In this document: positions 59,199 to 64,000 of the stretch, one piece after another
Numbering within the stretch: the first letter of the stretch is position 1
Layout of the letters: each line of letters begins with the position of its first letter
From: a virus
Virus record (IMG/VR): IMGVR_UViG_3300033752_000161
Coordinates: 458 to 64,457 of that record
DNA: 64,000 nucleotides
Reading direction: 5' to 3' (one strand)
Translations under genes and position numbers: made by a program
The notes under the pieces: generated by a model
Database searches by the model: none
What the model was told of the DNA's origin: nothing
Seen by the model: only the letters and a program-made list of their open reading frames with translations

Positions 59199-59302
59199 GT
59201 TTTTTTAATTAAAATTATTAATAATTAAATTATTCTTATTTAGGGTTCATGTGGTGAAGGGGGCCCCTTCATGAGGTGAACCCACCCCCTTCATGAGGTG
59301 AA
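59199..59302. repeat. Putative replication origin: three iterons TTCATG(A/T)GGTGAA (period 22) plus AT-rich tract
   Basis: Copies at 59246, 59268 and 59290; almost pure A/T at 59199-59241. Confidence 0.7.
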
Positions 59303-59637
59303 CCCCGTGCGAATGATTCGGGTATATCGAGTAGAACGTAAAGATTCGAAGTCTGCCCGCCGCTCGATTTGTTCTGCGGCTCGATCGCAATCAATCCGAT
59401 ATCTCGCAGACTACGTAAAGCTTTGCGCACAGTGTTCTCGGAACAGAACGCCTCTTTAGCGATAGTCCCTACGGAAGGAAACGCTTCCTTCGTCGACCAA
59501 TTCGCGTATTTGCAAAGGATCACGTATACGAGTTTTTCGTATGCGTTTGTAAAGTTCTCCGTATCGCTGATAACGTAGTAATCGACTTGAACCTTGAGCC
59601 TTCCGGACATATCGAGTTTATCCATTTCGGCGCTCAT
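59269..59637 (-). CDS. HTH_36-type replication initiator-like protein (short)
   Basis: KLVYVILC...AFPSVGTIA...SENTVRKAL..L...GLI...QTSNLY. Confidence 0.75.
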   Translation of the reverse strand: MSAEMDKLDMSGRLKVQVDYYVISDTENFTNAYEKLVYVILCKYANWSTKEAFPSVGTIAKEAFCSENTVRKALRSLRDIGLIAIEPQNKSSGGQTSNLYVLLDIPESFARGSPHEGGGFTS

Positions 59638-59658
59638 TTCGTTCCCCCCCCTTACTTT

Positions 59659-59694
59659 TATATAGGGCAACGTTTTTTTGAAATTGGGACATCG
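59659..59694 (-). promoter_or_regulatory. Phage promoter class B (second copy)
   Basis: Matches 49679-49714. Confidence 0.7.
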
Positions 59695-59842
59695 AGATTA
59701 AATTTTTTCTTTCTAATCGCTTAGACGAATGTCGTACACTTTTCGCGAAAAATATTTTATTTATTCGCACTTGTTCCCCTATACAATTACGTATAGTATG
59801 GATATAATAATTACATCAAGAACAATACGGAGGCGGTCGAAT

Positions 59843-60184
59843 ATGAAAAGCGTAATGATTAGAGCTTGGGAAATCGCAGAAAAAACTTCGGATAAGTTTG
59901 GCGGGAAGAAGTCGGAGTATTTTGCTGGTGCTTTGAAAATGGCATGGGAACAATATAGAAAAGAAAACCGCGTACATAAAATGGTCGTCATCGGAAATAA
60001 GGACAACGGCAAATATACCATCGAGCGTTATATGGGAACCGAGTGTGTACAGGTTGTTGAAACTACGAGAAAGCGTGAATATTTTTCCTTGTACCAAAGT
60101 TTTTACAAAAGAGGAGCGCATATCATCGATTTTTATGTGATCGAAAATGGCGTTAAAGTATTCAAGGGGACGAAGACGGCATAA
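59843..60184 (+). CDS. Hypothetical early protein
   Basis: GGAGG RBS; VMIRAWEIA...FGGK..EYFAGALKMAW N-terminal domain. Confidence 0.7.
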   Translation: MKSVMIRAWEIAEKTSDKFGGKKSEYFAGALKMAWEQYRKENRVHKMVVIGNKDNGKYTIERYMGTECVQVVETTRKREYFSLYQSFYKRGAHIIDFYVIENGVKVFKGTKTA

Positions 60185-60852
60185 TGAAGCGGATCGATTT
60201 GACGGGGCAGCGCTTTGGCAGACTGGTTGTAATTGAAGAGGCAGAGCGAAGAGGATACACCCGCCGATGGAACTGCAAATGTGATTGCGGTAATTCTGCG
60301 GTGGTGGATATGGGGCAATTAAGGAGTGGGAAAACCAAGTCTTGCGGATGTCTCAACCGCGAACGAACATCTCAAAAGAATCTGCGTAATCTAGCCGGAA
60401 GACGTTTTGGGAAATTATCGGTGATTAGAAGAGCATCTTCCGATGATAAGCATAAAACGCAAAAGGGGAGGGCCATTTGGGAATGCCGTTGTGACTGCGG
60501 TAAGGTAGTAAACGTATTATCGACTTACCTTACCAATGGAGATACCCAATCCTGCGGTTGCCGCAGATCCGAGGTAGGCCATCAGGTTTATGAACACGTG
60601 GAAGAGACTTATCGTAAGGATGGAGTGCTCACAACAACACTCAAGCGCAAAGTGAGATCAGACAGCTCGACCGGAATCAAAGGCGTTACTATCGTTTCGA
60701 AAACTGGGAAATATCGGGCCTCGATTTCCGTTAAAGGCAAACGCTATTGGTTAGGAGATTTCACCAATCTCGAAGCAGCGGTGGCTGCGCGCAAAGCTGG
60801 TGAAGAAAAATATCATCAACCTTATTTGGAGGAGAAAGACAGTGGAAAATAA
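60184..60852 (+). CDS. AP2-domain DNA-binding protein with two DL.G.RFG.L...W.C.CDCG repeats
   Basis: Repeated motifs and C-terminal TGIKGV...YRASI...WLG.F...AVAARK. Confidence 0.82.
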   Translation: MKRIDLTGQRFGRLVVIEEAERRGYTRRWNCKCDCGNSAVVDMGQLRSGKTKSCGCLNRERTSQKNLRNLAGRRFGKLSVIRRASSDDKHKTQKGRAIWECRCDCGKVVNVLSTYLTNGDTQSCGCRRSEVGHQVYEHVEETYRKDGVLTTTLKRKVRSDSSTGIKGVTIVSKTGKYRASISVKGKRYWLGDFTNLEAAVAARKAGEEKYHQPYLEEKDSGK

Positions 60853-61087
60853 ACTTCCGGGAGTATGGGCCAATTGGAAGATTACCGATAAGAATCTTAT
60901 CAGTCCTACAGGGAGATCCTATAAGCCCGAGGACATCGAACCGGAATTTTATACCCAATCCGATCTAGCAAAAGCACTGGGCGTTACTCGCGGCGCGATT
61001 GCTGATCGTATTCGTCGCGGAACTTTACCACCTTTTGACAAGGATAAGGTTTGGCGGCGCGAAACGATTCAGTATTTGCTCTCGTAA
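60842..61087 (+). CDS. Small HTH protein
   Basis: LISPTGRSY and YTQSDLAKALGVTRGAI. Confidence 0.65.
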   Translation: MENKLPGVWANWKITDKNLISPTGRSYKPEDIEPEFYTQSDLAKALGVTRGAIADRIRRGTLPPFDKDKVWRRETIQYLLS

Positions 61088-61195
61088 TTCACAATTCGTT
61101 CGTTTATGTTCCCCTATACTTTTATGTGTAGGTGTGATAATATTAAGACATCAGCAAGAGCGACAAAAAATAAAAAACCAAAGGAGCGAATGAAA

Positions 61196-61405
61196 ATGAG
61201 AAATTGGAAGCGCGAGGGTTACGAAGTTGCCGAAAAGGAGTTTGACCGAGACCTGCATGAATTTGAGGTTGTGAAAAGAGGCGAAGTGATCGCGACGATC
61301 ACCCCGGCGGACATCGACGATATGCAGCGAATTGTTGCCGATCTGGATAACGGCGAAGATGTTAACGGTTGGGAAGACGGAATGGGCAACACAATTTCCG
61401 TATAA
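61196..61405 (+). CDS. Small acidic hypothetical protein
   Basis: AAGGAG RBS and own promoter-like region. Confidence 0.65.
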   Translation: MRNWKREGYEVAEKEFDRDLHEFEVVKRGEVIATITPADIDDMQRIVADLDNGEDVNGWEDGMGNTISV

Positions 61406-61410
61406 GGCAG

Positions 61411-61450
61411 ACCCCCGCCAACCTTAGAGGCTAAGCGGGGGTTTCGTTTT
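61411..61450 (+). terminator. Intrinsic terminator between convergent genes
   Basis: ACCCCCGC/GCGGGGGT stem followed by TTCGTTTT. Confidence 0.6.
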
Positions 61451-61451
61451 A

Positions 61452-62036
61452 TTATATCCCGAGATCAATCGCTTTCGTGTTCACGTTCCAAACGAAATTA
61501 TCCGATACCCTTAACGCTAACCCTTTCGCTCCGGCCGGCACCTCGAATACCACAACGCCGCTTTGCGAAAGTCCCGGATTAATTTTATCGACGAATGAGA
61601 ACGCTTTGACCCCGTTGACCGGCGTAAATACCGCTTTCGGATCGTATTTGTTTCCGTTGCCATCGATCACAACGAAATTCCCGTTATCAACGGCGAGCGC
61701 TTCCTTGCCGAGATTTTTCACCGTAACGTTAACGATAAGAAATTGATTGGCGGATTTTTGTTCGCCAAACCCCGTATTGTATGATGTAGCGAGGGTTGCG
61801 TTCGTTACGAAGAACTCCGCGTTATTCACATCGACCGCTTGATTCGTTTTATAGAGCGCTGCGTTTCCGCCAGCCCCTGTTGTACCGCCCAACCCGTTAA
61901 CGAACCATACAACGAAAAGAATAACCGCAACGACCGCAACCATGATCTCAATTTTAATAAACGAGTGGCTATTCGATGTAAAAACCGGTGCTTCCTTCTC
62001 TTCGAAACGTTTCGAGAAATCTTTATTTTCAGCCAA
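61452..62036 (-). CDS. DUF4352-domain membrane-anchored protein
   Basis: N-terminal TM helix, FLIVNVTVKN and INPGLSQSGVVVFEVP. Confidence 0.8.
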   Translation of the reverse strand: MAENKDFSKRFEEKEAPVFTSNSHSFIKIEIMVAVVAVILFVVWFVNGLGGTTGAGGNAALYKTNQAVDVNNAEFFVTNATLATSYNTGFGEQKSANQFLIVNVTVKNLGKEALAVDNGNFVVIDGNGNKYDPKAVFTPVNGVKAFSFVDKINPGLSQSGVVVFEVPAGAKGLALRVSDNFVWNVNTKAIDLGI

Positions 62037-62089
62037 CGGAAATCAACTCCCTCATCGTTAATTATACGATACAGCGCCAAATTATGGAA

Positions 62090-62126
62090 TAAAAAACGTC
62101 ACCCTACAATACGTAAAGGTGACGTT
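62090..62126 (-). terminator. Terminator downstream of integrase
   Basis: Minus strand AACGTCACC/GGTGACGTT stem followed by TTTT. Confidence 0.6.
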
Positions 62127-62136
62127 AAGGTTTCGC

Positions 62137-63093
62137 TTAATCCCCGTCTTCCAGATGTTCCAACGGCGAAAATTTGCGATGTTGTTTTGCGATGTCTGTT
62201 CCGAAAAGGTTAACGTAAACTCGAACGATTTCTAGCGAAGTGTGGCCGAGGATTTTCTGAAGGGAAAACGGGTCGCCACCGTTCATTACGTAAAACTTTG
62301 CGAAGGTATGCCGGAAGGTATGCGGCGATACCCGCACGTCTTTAATGCCAGCCGCCGCGCCATACTTCGCGATTTCCTGCTGCATGGTGCGCTTCTTGAG
62401 CGGTCCATCGTCAATATTGACGAAAAGGAAATCGTGGGGCAGAACGCCACGTATCGATATATACTCGCGAAGGTGCTTTTCGAGCGTGCCCTGGAACGGG
62501 ACAAATCGCTCCTTGCGCCCCTTGCCGAACACTTTAATCGTATGGTTCGCCCAATCGATATCCGTCGTTCGTATACCTTCGGCCTCGGTAATTCTGACGC
62601 CGGTATCGAGGAGTAGCAGCATAAGCACGTAATCGCGGTACCCAGTAAACGTTGTGCGATTCGGCGTATCGAGCAGCCGCTTGACTTGCGCTTTGGAAAA
62701 CGTCTGAATTACGCGCTTCTCGGCCTTGATTAGCTTTACGTTAGCCATCGGGTTATCAACGATAAATCCCTCGTTATGGAGCCAATTGAAAAAGGCGCGC
62801 CAGCCCCGCAGATACATATTTATCGTGCTATCCGCGGCTCCTTCGCTTTGCTTTTCCTCGATTAGGGATTCGATATGATCGCGCTCAACATCGATCGGCC
62901 GCAAATCGACCGCCATCTTCTTTAATCTGCGCAAGATATCCGAGTAATAATCAACGGTATCCTTCGTCAAGTTCCGTATTCGACAATGCCGCAGAAATGC
63001 GCTAATCGCCGCGTCAAAGTCTTCCGATATCGGCGATAGTCCTCCTGTATCCGCGGATATTACGTTTTGTCTGCGTCGTTTGCTACTGTTAAT
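62137..63093 (-). CDS. int: Tyrosine integrase (318 aa); predicted ATT start
   Basis: LDTGVRITE, GKGRKER, SPHTFRHTFA, LGH and Y motifs; frame open upstream (FLRHCRIRNL) to AGGAGG-N8-ATT. Confidence 0.92.
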   Translation of the reverse strand: MNSSKRRRQNVISADTGGLSPISEDFDAAISAFLRHCRIRNLTKDTVDYYSDILRRLKKMAVDLRPIDVERDHIESLIEEKQSEGAADSTINMYLRGWRAFFNWLHNEGFIVDNPMANVKLIKAEKRVIQTFSKAQVKRLLDTPNRTTFTGYRDYVLMLLLLDTGVRITEAEGIRTTDIDWANHTIKVFGKGRKERFVPFQGTLEKHLREYISIRGVLPHDFLFVNIDDGPLKKRTMQQEIAKYGAAAGIKDVRVSPHTFRHTFAKFYVMNGGDPFSLQKILGHTSLEIVRVYVNLFGTDIAKQHRKFSPLEHLEDGD

Positions 63094-63299
63094 ATAAAAC
63101 GCCTCCTACGCGTAATATTCGTCGTTGTAACGAACAAAACGCAACCGGAGGCGTCCGTGTACGGTGGACATCGCCTAGACTCAACGTAAGCGATTCGCGA
63201 TAAGCGGAAATTTATCGTTATTGGCAGCGGGATAGACTCCCGAAAATGCGCGCCAGGCTTGCGTTAGGCTATCGGTGGGCTCACGTAACCCATCGGAAA

Positions 63300-63339
63300 A
63301 TCCTAAGTCTAGTGCGTCTGCCAATTCCGCCACACGCGC
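63300..63339 (-). pseudogene. 5' half of tRNA-Leu(UAG), truncated at the anticodon loop; att junction
   Basis: GCGCGTGTGGCGGAATTGGCAGACGCACTAGACTTAGGAT followed by non-tRNA sequence. Confidence 0.85.
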
Positions 63340-63343
63340 CTGG

Positions 63344-63419
63344 TGGTGAGCCATGAAGGACTCGAACCTTCGACACCCTGATTAAAAGTCAGGTGCTCTA
63401 CCAACTGAGCTAATGGCTC
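63344..63419 (-). tRNA. tRNA-Lys(UUU)
   Basis: Full cloverleaf, anticodon TTT, CCA encoded. Confidence 0.96.
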
Positions 63420-63459
63420 ACAAGATGGCAACCAAAATTGTTTGCCGAAAATACAAAAA

Positions 63460-63531
63460 CTGGGGATCTAGGATTCGAACCTAGGCATGACGGAGTCAAA
63501 GTCCGTTGCCTTACCGCTTGGCTAATCCCCA
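63460..63531 (-). tRNA. tRNA-Gln(UUG)
   Basis: Cloverleaf, anticodon TTG, no encoded CCA. Confidence 0.95.
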
Positions 63532-63539
63532 TCAATTTA

Positions 63540-63615
<76 letters not shown>

Positions 63616-63624
63616 TCAGGCATA

Positions 63625-63700
63625 TGGTGGACGCTGAGGGGATCGAACCCCCGACCCTCTGCTTGTAAGGCAGATGCTCTCCCAGCTGAGCTAAGCGTCC
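63625..63700 (-). tRNA. tRNA-Val(UAC)
   Basis: Cloverleaf, anticodon TAC, CCA encoded. Confidence 0.96.
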
Positions 63701-63761
63701 GAGCAGCAAATCAGCTTACAGGGTTAATGTTCCCATCGCAGCAAATACAATACATATAAAA

Positions 63762-63833
63762 TGACCCGTAGGGGATTCGAACCCCTGTTACCTCCGTGAA
63801 AGGGAGGTGTCTTAACCCCTTGACCAACGGGCC
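63762..63833 (-). tRNA. tRNA-Glu(UUC)
   Basis: Cloverleaf, anticodon TTC. Confidence 0.95.
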
Positions 63834-63839
63834 AAATAA

Positions 63840-63912
63840 AGCTTCCAACCGGGATCGAACCGGTGACCTCATCCTTACCATGGATGCACTCTACCTACTG
63901 AGCTATGGAAGC
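63840..63912 (-). tRNA. tRNA-Thr(GGU)
   Basis: Cloverleaf, anticodon GGT. Confidence 0.95.
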
Positions 63913-63913
63913 A

Positions 63914-63989
63914 TGGCTCCCCGAACAGGACTCGAACCTGTGACAACTCGGTTAACAGCCGAGTGCTCTACCAACTGAGCTATCAGGGA
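63914..63989 (-). tRNA. tRNA-Asn(GUU)
   Basis: Cloverleaf, anticodon GTT, CCA encoded. Confidence 0.96.
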
Positions 63990-64000
63990 ATAATGATGTT

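Larger units (their letters stand above)
1..63300. mobile_element. Temperate myovirus-type prophage with PBSX/Xkd-like contractile tail; left end lies outside the window
   Basis: Ordered lysis, tail, head, terminase, metabolism, replication and integrase modules. The right boundary falls in the anticodon loop of tRNA-Leu next to a tyrosine integrase. Confidence 0.95.

Noticed and set aside
63160-63300. Intron-containing tRNA-Leu using TCTAG near 63175 as the 3' anticodon strand
   Set aside because: No T-arm GGTTC or acceptor stem follows, and no group I core elements are present.

Overview
Almost the whole window (1 to ~63300) is a temperate myovirus-type prophage of a Bacillales host, probably Paenibacillaceae (inferred from protein families and tRNA sequences). 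It is encoded mostly on the minus strand and continues past the left edge. Reading right to left: a host tRNA operon (Asn, Thr, Glu, Val, Thr, Gln, Lys) whose next gene, tRNA-Leu(UAG), is cut at the anticodon loop by the att junction; tyrosine integrase; early and regulatory genes; replication genes (DnaC-like, DnaB-like, primase, SSB-like, PolA, clamp-like); helicase, methylase and resolvase; nucleotide metabolism (NrdAB, PhoH, dUTPase, ThyX, dNMP kinase); terminase, portal and head; a PBSX/Xkd-like contractile tail; and lysis genes. The main finding is a compact type V-F (Cas12f1) CRISPR system inside the prophage, with no cas1/cas2. It reads tracrRNA (~48543-48394), a 17-nt linker, an array of six 33-bp repeats plus a truncated one (48376-47975), then a RuvC-intact cas12f (47905-46598), all on the minus strand. 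Other notable signals: a 269-nt group I intron splitting the tape-measure gene; near-cognate start codons (ATT, ATC, ATA, ACG) behind strong Shine-Dalgarno sites in at least seven core genes; an acr-aca-like two-gene cassette; two candidate structured RNAs; two phage-specific promoter motifs; two initiator/iteron modules; and protease and acetyltransferase morons. All homology calls come from motif recognition or recall, not from database searches.
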